Below are positions 8,412 to 16,630 of a DNA stretch of 32,000 nt, piece by piece. The stretch covers positions 180,001 through 212,000 of the forward strand of contig JAFVFD010000002.1 in the NCBI GenBank assembly GCA_017475605.1, written 5' to 3'. The stretch is from Alphaproteobacteria bacterium. GTDB lineage: Bacteria > Pseudomonadota > Alphaproteobacteria > Rs-D84. Every line of letters begins with the position of its first letter. Within the stretch, counting starts at the first letter, position 1. The notes below the pieces were generated by a model. That model saw nothing but the letters and a program-made list of their open reading frames with translations, had not been told where the DNA came from and searched no databases. The position numbers and the translations under genes are program-made.

Positions 8412-8444
8412 CGAATCAAAACCACCGTTTAAATTCGGCCACTT
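8412..8444. repeat. 33-bp intergenic repeat, copy 2
   Basis: cgaatcaaaaCCACCGtttaaattcggccactt. The central hexamer is the reverse complement of the one in copy 1. Confidence 0.8.
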
Positions 8445-8516
8445 TTATTTTACATAACGCATTGTATTTACGGCATAATCTGCCGATTTTTTGTTTTTAA
8501 TTTTTTGTGTTTTTTC

Positions 8517-8595
8517 TTTGTCATTGCGAACGAAGTGAAGCAATCTACAAACCCGTTAGATTGCCACGGTCGCTATGCTCCCTCGCAATGACAAA
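8517..8595. repeat. REP/MITE-like imperfect palindromic element (GTCATTGCGA...TCGCAATGAC type)
   Basis: Outer 13-bp arms tttgtcattgcga (8517-8529) / tcgcaatgacaaa (8583-8595). Inner 8-bp arms gcaatcta / tagattgc. Asymmetric internal loop. Confidence 0.6.
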
Positions 8596-8608
8596 CAAAT
8601 CATATTTA

Positions 8609-8636
8609 TTGACAAAGGAACACATTGTGCTAAATT
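8609..8636 (+). promoter_or_regulatory. promoter TTGACA-N16-TAAATT with TGc extended -10
   Basis: ttgaca at 8609-8614 and tgctaaatt at 8628-8636, 24 nt upstream of the ATG at 8661. Confidence 0.5.
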
Positions 8637-8660
8637 ACAAGTAAAGGAATTAAAATAAAA

Positions 8661-9143
8661 ATGACAATATTTAATACTGATTCAATCCGTCAACGACCAA
8701 CCACCGATGGTATGACACCGGAACAGTTGAAAGAATTTTATAAAACTGCACGTGAGGCACGTCGTGGCACTTGTGGTGGTTTGCTTGAACAAATGAACGC
8801 GGGGCACGTTCACAGTTATTTTACCCAACCAAAACCACTGTCTGATTATTTAACATATTATCCAGACAAAAAACAAAAGGAGTATCCTATGGCAGATATA
8901 CCCTCGTCAAACAAACGCGAACTTATCAACAAATATTATGCGGCTATTGATAAATTAGAAGCGCAAATAAAAAAATTACAAGATGACAAAACATTATCTG
9001 TCGCGGAACGTCAAAAGAAAATCGCACGCCGTTTAGATATTATTAAAGACTACCGTTTTTCAATTGAAAACGCAAAACAATACCTTGCGGCACGCGAAAA
9101 AAAAGACCAAGAATTGTATAATAAGTTCTTTAAAACGAAATAA
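8661..9143 (+). CDS. hypothetical protein (160 aa, C-terminal Lys/Glu-rich helical region)
   Basis: Clean ORF with its own promoter and terminator. No family recognised. AT-richer than its neighbours. Confidence 0.6.
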   Translation: MTIFNTDSIRQRPTTDGMTPEQLKEFYKTAREARRGTCGGLLEQMNAGHVHSYFTQPKPLSDYLTYYPDKKQKEYPMADIPSSNKRELINKYYAAIDKLEAQIKKLQDDKTLSVAERQKKIARRLDIIKDYRFSIENAKQYLAAREKKDQELYNKFFKTK

Positions 9144-9173
9144 AAAATGGCGATAAAAAATCGCCATTTTTTT
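9142..9173. terminator. bidirectional rho-independent terminator
   Basis: atggcga (9147-9153), loop taaaaaa, tcgccat (9161-9167), then a T-run. Lies between convergent genes. Confidence 0.8.
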
Positions 9174-9831
9174 ATCCATTAAACCCAATCGCGACAATGA
9201 ACATTTCCACACTGTCCTTGCGCGATGCAGGTGGTTTCACCTGGTGCACCGAATCAAAATGTGTTTTCAACTGCTTAATCAAATCACCGGTTGTGCCACC
9301 GGTAAAAGATTTCGCCACAAATACCCCACCCGGCTTTAATGCGCGCAACGCAAAATCAAATGCATATTCCAACAACACCATTTGACGCAGGTGGTCTGTT
9401 TTTTTGTGTCCAACCGTATTCGGTGCCATATCCGACACAACCACATCGGCGGTACCATTCCCAAATTCATCAGGTTTCAGCCCCAATTGCTCGTTAAGCC
9501 ACATCAATGCCGCATCAGATGTAAAATCGCCCTGATAAAAAACAACATTTGGAATTGGTTTTATTTCCAACAAATCCATCGCAAAAATTTTAGACTTTGG
9601 ATATTTTCGCGCAATATATTGCGACCACGACCCTGGTGCCGCCCCCAAATCAACGACCGTTTGCCCATTTTTAAGAAAATGGAACCGTTCGTCCATTTCA
9701 ATCAATTTATATGCCGCGCGCGCCCGGTATCCATCTGCATGCGCACGCGCAACATACGGATCGGCCGCCTGGCGTTGAATCCAGGCCACCGAAGATTTAT
9801 GTGCCGCAATTTTTTTATTTAGTATTTTCAT
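9172..9831 (-). CDS. rlmE: 23S rRNA (uridine2552-2'-O)-methyltransferase RlmE/FtsJ
   Basis: WIQRQAADPYVARAHADGYRARAAYKLIEMDERF...VVDLGAAPGSWSQ...VVVSDMAPN. 219 aa. Confidence 0.92.
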   Translation of the reverse strand: MKILNKKIAAHKSSVAWIQRQAADPYVARAHADGYRARAAYKLIEMDERFHFLKNGQTVVDLGAAPGSWSQYIARKYPKSKIFAMDLLEIKPIPNVVFYQGDFTSDAALMWLNEQLGLKPDEFGNGTADVVVSDMAPNTVGHKKTDHLRQMVLLEYAFDFALRALKPGGVFVAKSFTGGTTGDLIKQLKTHFDSVHQVKPPASRKDSVEMFIVAIGFNG

Positions 9832-10105
9832 TACTGTTTTTGATTTTCTTGGTCACTTTTTCGTAAAAATTCATTGCGTTTTTCAGGGCCTTTTCCGGCG
9901 ATATCAATTGGAAATGGTCATTGTCTATCGTTGATAAGACATCTTGTTTGCCACGATATTTATATGTAACCGTAGTTATATAACCTTCCAACCTTCTGCC
10001 AACGTCTTTATATTCCATCCAAAACTCACGCGGGGGTTCAACCGCGATGATTTCATCATGAAATGTGCGTTCGATAAAATTATTTATTTTTTCTTTTATG
10101 GTCAT
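9815..10105 (-). CDS. hypothetical small protein (96 aa)
   Basis: ORF packed between the SRP-M-domain gene and rlmE, with a 17-nt overlap with the rlmE start. No family recognised. Confidence 0.5.
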   Translation of the reverse strand: MTIKEKINNFIERTFHDEIIAVEPPREFWMEYKDVGRRLEGYITTVTYKYRGKQDVLSTIDNDHFQLISPEKALKNAMNFYEKVTKKIKNSNENTK

Positions 10106-10121
10106 TATGCATCTGTTCCCG

Positions 10122-10646
10122 TTATTTATTTCCCCCTGGAACTGTGCCTGCCGCCTGCATGCGTTGCATAACCGCTTCCATTCCCCCCATACGTTGAATC
10201 ATTGCCATTTGCTGTTTCATTTTGGTGTATTGCTTGATAATATGTTCAACATCGCGCACCGTACAACCAGCGGTTTCGGCAATGCGAGCCTTGGCATTGG
10301 CGAAAATCTTTTCTGGGTCTGCGCGTTCAACGGCGGTCATGGCCTCTAAAATCTTAATCTGGGCATCAACACTGCCATCTTTGATTTTTTCCTTCATGGC
10401 ACTTACCGCACCAGACATACCCGGCACCATTTTCAACAGACCGCTAAAATTGCTCATTTTCTTAATCTGTTTCAACTGAGCCAACATATCGTTCAAATCA
10501 AATTGACCCGACATCATGCGTTCCGCCGTTTCCTTCATTCCAGACGGCATTTTGACATCGTTTAAATCTGTATCAACATTTGTCGCATTTGTGTTTTCGT
10601 TTTCAACCGTTTGCGCTGGCGCTTTCTTTTTTCCGAAACCAAACAT
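10122..10646 (-). CDS. stand-alone SRP54/Ffh M-domain-like protein (no NG GTPase domain)
   Basis: GQFDLNDMLAQLKQIKKMSNFSGLLKMVPGMSG...ILEAMTAVERADPEKI...ARIAETAGCTVRDVEHIIKQYTKMKQQM aligns with the E. coli Ffh M domain (GFDLNDFLEQLRQMKNMGGMASLMGKLPGMG...). Perfect AAGGAG Shine-Dalgarno sequence 7 nt upstream. Confidence 0.8.
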   Translation of the reverse strand: MFGFGKKKAPAQTVENENTNATNVDTDLNDVKMPSGMKETAERMMSGQFDLNDMLAQLKQIKKMSNFSGLLKMVPGMSGAVSAMKEKIKDGSVDAQIKILEAMTAVERADPEKIFANAKARIAETAGCTVRDVEHIIKQYTKMKQQMAMIQRMGGMEAVMQRMQAAGTVPGGNK

Positions 10647-10695
10647 TTCATACTCCTTGTTGTGTTTGTTATTAATTATTCTAGGTTACATACCC

Positions 10696-13539
10696 CTATT
10701 TGTCCAGATACTTCTTTAAATATTTGCCGGTAAGCGATTTGTCATTTGCGGCAACCTGTTCCGGTGTGCCGGTTGCCACAACGGTTCCGCCATTAATTCC
10801 ACCACCTGGGCCCAGGTCCACAATCCAGTCCGCCGTTTTAATTACTTCTAAATTGTGTTCAATAACGATAACGGTGTTTCCCGCATCAACCAATTCGTGT
10901 AATACCGACAACAACAGTTTGATATCTTCAAAATGTAAACCCGTCGTTGGTTCATCCAGGATATAGATTGTTTGACCGGTACTGCGCGCCGCCAATTCAC
11001 GCGATAACTTTATACGCTGGGCTTCGCCACCGGACAAGTCTAACGAACTTTGTCCCAATTTGATATAGTCCAATCCCACCCGGCGCAACAATTCCAATTT
11101 CCGACGAATTTTTGGCACATTGACAAAATAGCGGTACGCTTCTTCAACCGTCATATTTAAAACATCTGCGATTGATTTGCCGCGATATTTTACCGCCAAT
11201 GTTTCTTCGTTATAGCGCGCGCCATGGCATTTGTCGCATTCCACATACACATCAGCCAGGAAATTCATTTCAATTTTTATTTGACCATCACCCTGGCATG
11301 CTTCACAGCGACCGCCCTTGACATTAAATGAAAAACGACCCGTTGTATAACCACGCGCCTTGGATTCCGGCAATTCAGCAAAGAAATCACGAATATCGGA
11401 AAACACACCGGTATATGTTGCCGGATTACTGCGCGGGCTGCGCCCGATTGGCGATTGGTCAATATCAACCACCTTGTCCACGTTTTCCATACCGCGTATA
11501 ATATCGTGCGCACCGGTTTCCAGTTTTGAATTATACATCGCACGCATTAACGCCGGATACAATGTATCCAACAACAATGTCGATTTACCGGACCCCGATA
11601 CCCCGGTCAACGCAATAAACTTGCCCAATGGAAATTCAACATCTATGTTTTTAAGGTTGTTTTCACGCGCGCCCCGTATCACAATAGATTTACCATTACC
11701 ATCGCGACGCTTTTTGGGAACTTCTATCTTGCGCTTGCCCGATAAATATTGCCCTGTCAACGAATCTTTACACTTTATGACCTGGGCTGGTGTGCCGGCG
11801 ACAACGACGTTTCCACCATTTACCCCCGCCCCGCGTCCAATATCCACCAGGTAATCTGCCGCACGCATCGCATCTTCGTCGTGTTCAACAACGATAACCG
11901 TATTGTCTTTGTCGCGCAGCATTTTTAATGTATCCAGCAATTTATCATTATCACTTTGGTGCAGACCAATTGACGGTTCGTCCAACACATACAGAACCCC
12001 AGACAACCCAGAACCTATTTGCGATGCAAGGCGAATTCGTTGTGCTTCGCCCCCAGAAAGTGTCCCCGCCATACGCGACATTGTAAGATAGCCCAACCCC
12101 ACATTTTGCAGGAATGTAAGGCGACTTGTAATTTCACGCAAAATCACACGCGCGATATCGTTTTCTTTCTGGGACAAATGATTTGGCAAATCAATGAACC
12201 AGCGCAACGCATCATCAACGGACATATCGCACACGTCCATAATATCTGCGCCATTAATTTTTACACAAAGGGCCTGGATATTAAGGCGTTTGCCATGACA
12301 CACCGGGCATGGTTTTCCAGATTGATATTTTGCGATTTCCGCACGTGTTGCATCGGAATCAGATTCGCGCCACCGACGTTCCAGGTTCGGTATCACACCT
12401 TCGTATGGCTTTTCATAAACAAAGCCATTCCAGTTAATTTTAATCGCCTCGTCCCCGGTACCATATAAAATAATATTCTTTTGTTCCGCGGTTAATGTAT
12501 GCCATGGCTTGCCCAACGGAATCTTGTATTTTTTATGTAACGCTTCAAGTAAATGGTCATACTGGCTTAACATACCGCCGCGCGACCATGGCGCAATCGC
12601 CCCACCCAAAATAGATTTTGATGGGTCTGGTATTACCAAATCGGGCGACATAGTTAACTGTACCCCCAAACCATCACAAGCCTGGCATGCGCCCATTGGG
12701 GCATTAAATGAAAACAGGCGCGGTTCAATCTTAGGAACGGTAAACCCACTTACCGGGCATGCATAGTTTTGTGAATATAGTGTATCTTCGTTTGTGTCCA
12801 AACGGCGCACCAATACCGACCCAGGCACAAGGCGCAAAGACCCCTCGAACGAAGAATAAAGACGCGAACGGAATTCTTCTAAATCAGATTCCGATGTATC
12901 CGCCGCCGGCATCGCCAAACGGTCCACGATAACAAAGATATTATGTTTTTTATTTTTGTCCAACGGGGGCACAGATGACAAATCATATAATTCGCCGTCT
13001 ATAATGGCGCGAACATACCCCTGCTTTATCAAAAACGCTATTTCTTTTTTATATTCACCCTTTCTGTCCCGCACCAATGGGGCCATTATATAAATCTTGG
13101 TCTTTTCTGGAATCTTCATGGTCCAATCGACCATTTCAGCAATAGTTTGCGATTTAATTGGCAACCCCGTTACAGGCGAATGTGGCACCCCAATTCGCGC
13201 CCACAACAATCGCAGGTAATCATAAATCTCGGTTACGGTGCCGACGGTTGAACGCGGGTTTTTAGATGTTGTTTTCTGTTCAATAGAAATTGCGGGCGAC
13301 AAGCCTTCTATCATATCAACATCGGGCTTTTTCTGCATATCCAAGAACTGACGCGCGTACGACGACAGGCTTTCCACATATCTGCGCTGGCCTTCGGCAT
13401 AAATAGTATTAAATGCCAGCGACGATTTACCCGACCCGGATACGCCAGTAAAGACCACCAATTTGTTTTTTGGTATGTCTAAATCAATATTTTTAAGATT
13501 ATTTTCGCGTGCACCGCGAATTTTTATCGTTCCACTCAT
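10696..13539 (-). CDS. uvrA: excinuclease ABC subunit A
   Basis: [23 protein letters not shown]..., two ABC ATPase modules ([10 protein letters not shown] / [18 protein letters not shown] x2), Zn-finger Cys clusters. 947 aa. Confidence 0.97.
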   Translation of the reverse strand: MSGTIKIRGARENNLKNIDLDIPKNKLVVFTGVSGSGKSSLAFNTIYAEGQRRYVESLSSYARQFLDMQKKPDVDMIEGLSPAISIEQKTTSKNPRSTVGTVTEIYDYLRLLWARIGVPHSPVTGLPIKSQTIAEMVDWTMKIPEKTKIYIMAPLVRDRKGEYKKEIAFLIKQGYVRAIIDGELYDLSSVPPLDKNKKHNIFVIVDRLAMPAADTSESDLEEFRSRLYSSFEGSLRLVPGSVLVRRLDTNEDTLYSQNYACPVSGFTVPKIEPRLFSFNAPMGACQACDGLGVQLTMSPDLVIPDPSKSILGGAIAPWSRGGMLSQYDHLLEALHKKYKIPLGKPWHTLTAEQKNIILYGTGDEAIKINWNGFVYEKPYEGVIPNLERRWRESDSDATRAEIAKYQSGKPCPVCHGKRLNIQALCVKINGADIMDVCDMSVDDALRWFIDLPNHLSQKENDIARVILREITSRLTFLQNVGLGYLTMSRMAGTLSGGEAQRIRLASQIGSGLSGVLYVLDEPSIGLHQSDNDKLLDTLKMLRDKDNTVIVVEHDEDAMRAADYLVDIGRGAGVNGGNVVVAGTPAQVIKCKDSLTGQYLSGKRKIEVPKKRRDGNGKSIVIRGARENNLKNIDVEFPLGKFIALTGVSGSGKSTLLLDTLYPALMRAMYNSKLETGAHDIIRGMENVDKVVDIDQSPIGRSPRSNPATYTGVFSDIRDFFAELPESKARGYTTGRFSFNVKGGRCEACQGDGQIKIEMNFLADVYVECDKCHGARYNEETLAVKYRGKSIADVLNMTVEEAYRYFVNVPKIRRKLELLRRVGLDYIKLGQSSLDLSGGEAQRIKLSRELAARSTGQTIYILDEPTTGLHFEDIKLLLSVLHELVDAGNTVIVIEHNLEVIKTADWIVDLGPGGGINGGTVVATGTPEQVAANDKSLTGKYLKKYLDK

Positions 13540-13546
13540 GTCGAAA

Positions 13547-13574
13547 TATATAATTAATTTATTATTTTTTTCAA
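13547..13574 (-). promoter_or_regulatory. candidate uvrA promoter TTGAAA-N16-TATATA, ATG 7 nt downstream (leaderless-type)
   Basis: On the minus strand, TTGAAA is plus 13569-13574 and TATATA is plus 13547-13552. Then tttcgac and the ATG (13539). No Shine-Dalgarno sequence. Confidence 0.4.
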
Positions 13575-13578
13575 GCCA

Positions 13579-13604
13579 ACAAAAACCGCCAAAATGGCGG
13601 TTTG
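13579..13604 (-). terminator. rho-independent terminator after the rodZ-like gene
   Basis: aaccgcc (13584-13590), loop aaaat, ggcggtt (13596-13602). A T-run follows on the minus strand. Confidence 0.7.
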
Positions 13605-13608
13605 TTGT

Positions 13609-14544
13609 TTATTGTTGTGCGGTCGCCGCCGGCTTAATCAGGTTTTCTGCCGTAATTGCAACTTTGGCATTACGACTGGCCTTGACCGATGGGGCCAATT
13701 TGCCATCTACCCAGAAATCAATACCGGCAACATTACCAAATGTTCCCTTGTACCCGTTGCCATTTGGCATATATAAAATGTCGCCTGGGAACATAATTTT
13801 GCTGAATGTTTTTTTACCGCGCGCATCTTCTATTTGAACCCATGTACCAACATCACCGGCATTTTTATTTGCCTGTAATATAATTGTCGCCTTTTCACGA
13901 TTTTCCACACCAAAACGTTCGCGCACAGGCATTGTATACGCAGGTTCGGTCGGTTCCGCCGGCGCGACAACTGGTGTTTCTTCGACCGCAACAGGTTCCG
14001 CCGTTTTGCTGGAATTACCCGAAAGCGCGAACACCAATAACAAGATTATCAATAACAATAACCCACCGGCAATACCCGCCGCCCATTTCCAATGACGAAC
14101 AATATAGTCCCATGAATCTTTGAACAATGCGGCAAAATCAGGCATTTTAATTGTCTTTTCCGGTTTTGCATCGCGATTGATTTTACAAGATGCACCCGCC
14201 GCGGCAACACGTTTAGTCGCACGCGCACCATCGTCCGAATTCACGCGACATTCGCCAACAATACCCATTTCATGTTTGATTTTAGCAATAACTTCGTTCG
14301 GGTCCAGCCCCAATTCCATCGCATAATTACGCGCAAAGCCCAAAATATATACAACTTCGGGCAAAACGGCATAATTGCCATCTTCCAACGCCTGTAAGAA
14401 TTCTTCCTTGATACACAGCAATTTAGCAATCGTCTGAATTTCGCGTTTGCGACGACCAGTTGTACGCGCATTACGCAACATTTCCCCCGCCGTCATTTCA
14501 GCCGTTGATTTTGTGTGTTCTGTTTCTGTAATAACTTCGTCCAT
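13609..14544 (-). CDS. rodZ: RodZ-like cytoskeleton protein (HTH + TM + DUF4115-like C-terminus)
   Basis: N-terminal XRE-type HTH (GEMLRNARTTGRRKREIQTIAKLLCIKEEFLQALEDGNY), central TM segment (WAAGIAGGLLLLIILLLVFAL), C-terminal beta-rich domain. The ATG at 14544 is preferred over the track's TTG at 14559 (GGGGG Shine-Dalgarno sequence 9 nt upstream). Confidence 0.75.
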   Translation of the reverse strand: MDEVITETEHTKSTAEMTAGEMLRNARTTGRRKREIQTIAKLLCIKEEFLQALEDGNYAVLPEVVYILGFARNYAMELGLDPNEVIAKIKHEMGIVGECRVNSDDGARATKRVAAAGASCKINRDAKPEKTIKMPDFAALFKDSWDYIVRHWKWAAGIAGGLLLLIILLLVFALSGNSSKTAEPVAVEETPVVAPAEPTEPAYTMPVRERFGVENREKATIILQANKNAGDVGTWVQIEDARGKKTFSKIMFPGDILYMPNGNGYKGTFGNVAGIDFWVDGKLAPSVKASRNAKVAITAENLIKPAATAQQ

Positions 14545-14581
14545 TTTATATGCCCCCAAATTTATGGTATTATCATAGAAT

Positions 14582-15502
14582 CTATATATTCAATTCGCAA
14601 CCCCAAAATTTACAAATTTCATCCCGCAACGCCGTTGCATCGGTAATCTGGTTAACCCGAATACGAAATTCAGATGAATTTGCCATACCCGCACTGTACC
14701 ACGCGGCATGCTTGCGAAACATTGGTATTGCCGCACGCGCACCATAATATTCAATCGTGTATTCCAGGTGGCGCAACACCGTTTCCCCAATGTTTTTTGG
14801 TGCACCGCCCCCCGCTATTTCAGACAAAGCCCATGGCCGCCCCAACATTCCGCGCCCAATCATAACTCCCGAAAAGCCCAATGATTCCGCATGTTCCGCA
14901 TCCGCGGTTGTTTTAATATCACCATTGGCAATAATCGGTATCGGTGCATCATGTACATCGGGCAATACCGCACGCCCCAAATACAATTGCGCCCGCGTAC
15001 GACCATGTAATGCTGCAAATTTCACCCCCGTATCCGCGGCGATATTGATTAAATCGCGCCAATCGTTATGTTCCGCGTCCCATCCCAACCGCGTCTTGAT
15101 TGATACGGGTATATCAACCGCACGCACAACCGCATCCATTATTTTGCCAGCCAATTTATGATCACGCATCAAATATGCGCCGGCATTTGCACGTGTCGCG
15201 ACCTTTGGCACCGGGCACCCCATATTTATATCAATCCATTTTGCGCCGGCATCCGCCAAAATACGCGCGGCATCCGCCATTAAATCGGGCACCGCGCCAA
15301 AAATTTGGGCACCGATGGGGCCTTCGTCGTCATAGCGATCAAAATTGCGCGGACAATTTTTGTGTGCTTCGACCAACGAATGACACGATATCATTTCCGT
15401 AACAATTGGGCTTTCCGGCGAAAAGGTACGCACAATACGGCGAAACGGCTTGTCCGTAACGCCCGCCAAAGGTGCAGCAAAAATTTGATTATTACTAAAC
15501 AT
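14582..15502 (-). CDS. dus: tRNA-dihydrouridine synthase
   Basis: IFAAPLAGVTDKPFRRIV...IDINMGCP...VSIKTRLGW...ALHGRTR. 306 aa. Confidence 0.9.
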   Translation of the reverse strand: MFSNNQIFAAPLAGVTDKPFRRIVRTFSPESPIVTEMISCHSLVEAHKNCPRNFDRYDDEGPIGAQIFGAVPDLMADAARILADAGAKWIDINMGCPVPKVATRANAGAYLMRDHKLAGKIMDAVVRAVDIPVSIKTRLGWDAEHNDWRDLINIAADTGVKFAALHGRTRAQLYLGRAVLPDVHDAPIPIIANGDIKTTADAEHAESLGFSGVMIGRGMLGRPWALSEIAGGGAPKNIGETVLRHLEYTIEYYGARAAIPMFRKHAAWYSAGMANSSEFRIRVNQITDATALRDEICKFWGCELNI

Positions 15503-15505
15503 TTA

Positions 15506-15514
15506 TGATATAAT
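15506..15514 (+). promoter_or_regulatory. extended -10 TGATATAAT; ATG at 15522 lies 7 nt downstream (leaderless-type ftsB)
   Basis: tgatataat at 15506-15514, then gacatgc, then ATG at 15522. It sits immediately 3-4 nt outside the divergent dus start codon (15502-15500). Confidence 0.4.
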
Positions 15515-15521
15515 GACATGC

Positions 15522-15848
15522 ATGTGGAAAAAAATCAAAAATTTATTTGGGTTTATTGGTCGCGCCTGGACGGGTGGTCCACGCGGTAAATTGGGCATTG
15601 TGTTCGCATTGTTCGCTGTATTTATTTTTATTCGTATGTTCATCGGATACACGAATATTCAGCGGTTTGTTATGAATATTTGGTATTTGAATAACGAACG
15701 TGTGGAACTAGAAAGCCAAACGGCAAAACTGAACGAATTGCGCCTGCACCTGCAACTGTTGCGCGATTATAGTCCTGATTATATCGAAGAATTGGGGTTA
15801 CAATACCTTAATATCGGCGATGCAAAGTACAAGATTTTAAAGATTTAA
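15522..15848 (+). CDS. ftsB: septum formation initiator FtsB/DivIC family protein
   Basis: One N-terminal TM segment (LGIVFALFAVFIFIRMFIG), then a short coiled coil (ERVELESQTAKLNELRLHLQLL) and DYIEE...L. The track start at 15513 lies inside the -10 box, so the in-frame ATG at 15522 is preferred. Confidence 0.75.
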   Translation: MWKKIKNLFGFIGRAWTGGPRGKLGIVFALFAVFIFIRMFIGYTNIQRFVMNIWYLNNERVELESQTAKLNELRLHLQLLRDYSPDYIEELGLQYLNIGDAKYKILKI

Positions 15849-15875
15849 AAAAACCGGCATTTGCCGGTTTTTTGT
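15846..15875. terminator. bidirectional rho-independent terminator
   Basis: accggc (15853-15858), loop attt, gccggt (15863-15868), flanked by an A-run and a T-run. Lies between convergent ftsB and tspO. Confidence 0.85.
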
Positions 15876-15876
15876 T

Positions 15877-16350
15877 TTAGTTCAAAAACATTATTGTCGC
15901 ATTAAGGTATGTCGCAAAGCACATCCAAATTATATATGGCCATACCAGGTATGCGGCGGCCTTGCTTATTGGGCGGAACGCGCGTTCCATAAATATTGAC
16001 ACCACGATAAGCATTATCAATGCCAACAACCCCAATGCCGGCATGTGCATACCAAAGAATATTATTGACCATAATGCATTCAACACCATTTGCCCGAAAA
16101 ACAACCAATAAGACTTTGATTTATCAATGCGGGTTGTCTTGTTATTTATAATCAAGAACAACGCGATACCTAATAAAAGATACAGTATTGTCCATGCGAC
16201 ACTGAATACCCACCCCGCCGGTGTTAATACCGATTTAGACAACGATTCATACCAAATGTGTGAATCCCCATGCGGTGTAAAGAACACGCCGATTATGCCC
16301 GGAATGAACGATACGACGACCGCGAAAATAAAAGACCAAAACTTTTTCAT
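15877..16350 (-). CDS. tspO: TspO/MBR tryptophan-rich sensory protein
   Basis: Five TM helices. WYESLSKSVLTPAGWVFSVAWTILYLLLGIA and ...LNALWSIIFFG... match the TspO signature. 157 aa. Confidence 0.88.
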   Translation of the reverse strand: MKKFWSFIFAVVVSFIPGIIGVFFTPHGDSHIWYESLSKSVLTPAGWVFSVAWTILYLLLGIALFLIINNKTTRIDKSKSYWLFFGQMVLNALWSIIFFGMHMPALGLLALIMLIVVSIFMERAFRPISKAAAYLVWPYIIWMCFATYLNATIMFLN

Positions 16351-16382
16351 AATTGTCCCCCCTTGGTTTTATGACAAGGCTA

Positions 16383-16391
16383 TTATACCAT
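16383..16391 (-). promoter_or_regulatory. extended -10 TGGTATAAT (candidate tspO promoter)
   Basis: Plus strand attatacca at 16383-16391. AAGGGGGG Shine-Dalgarno sequence downstream, before the ATG at 16350. Confidence 0.4.
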
Positions 16392-16469
16392 CCCCGTTTC
16401 ATCTTTAATACAGGAACGAAAACACATACTAAAAAAAAACTAGAGAGCCAACTCTTGAATACACAATTC

Positions 16470-16546
16470 TGGCGCGCCCTGCAGGATTCGAACCTGCGAC
16501 CTGCGGATTAGAAATCCGATGCTCTATCCAGCTGGGCTAAGGGCGC
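16470..16546 (-). tRNA. tRNA-Arg (anticodon UCU)
   Basis: The reverse complement GCGCCCTTAGCCCAGCTGGATAGAGCATCGGATTTCTAATCCGCAGGTCGCAGGTTCGAATCCTGCAGGGCGCGCCA folds as a cloverleaf: 7-bp acceptor stem, TTCGAAT T-loop, encoded CCA. Closely resembles E. coli argU. Two non-Watson-Crick pairs (12:23 C-A, 27:43 U-C). Confidence 0.9.
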
Positions 16547-16555
16547 AACGCGTAT

Positions 16556-16584
16556 ATTGTATAATAAAAAACCGAAAAATTCAA
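16556..16584 (-). promoter_or_regulatory. tRNA-Arg promoter TTGAAT-N17-TACAAT
   Basis: On the minus strand, TTGAAT is plus 16579-16584 and TACAAT is plus 16556-16561. 9 nt separate it from the mature tRNA 5' end. Confidence 0.5.
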
Positions 16585-16599
16585 GCTTGTCATAAATTA

Positions 16600-16628
16600 T
16601 TTAAAAAAGCATTTTTTTATGATATAAT
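16600..16628 (+). promoter_or_regulatory. promoter TTTAAA-N17-TATAAT with extended -10 (TGaTATAAT)
   Basis: tttaaa at 16600-16605 and tgatataat at 16620-16628. Drives the structured leader and porin gene. Confidence 0.45.
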
Positions 16629-16630
16629 AG

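Noticed and set aside
8263-8457. 64-aa plus-strand ORF across the 8.3-8.45 kb intergenic region
   Set aside because: It is composed of the two 33-bp repeats and promoter sequence, and it has no ribosome-binding site. The region is better explained as regulatory or repeat DNA.
13540-13610. SOS (LexA) box upstream of uvrA, and likewise upstream of ssb (23777-23871)
   Set aside because: I looked for GTTC-N7-GTTC / GAAC-N7-GAAC (alphaproteobacterial type) and CTGT-N8-ACAG (E. coli type) and found neither.
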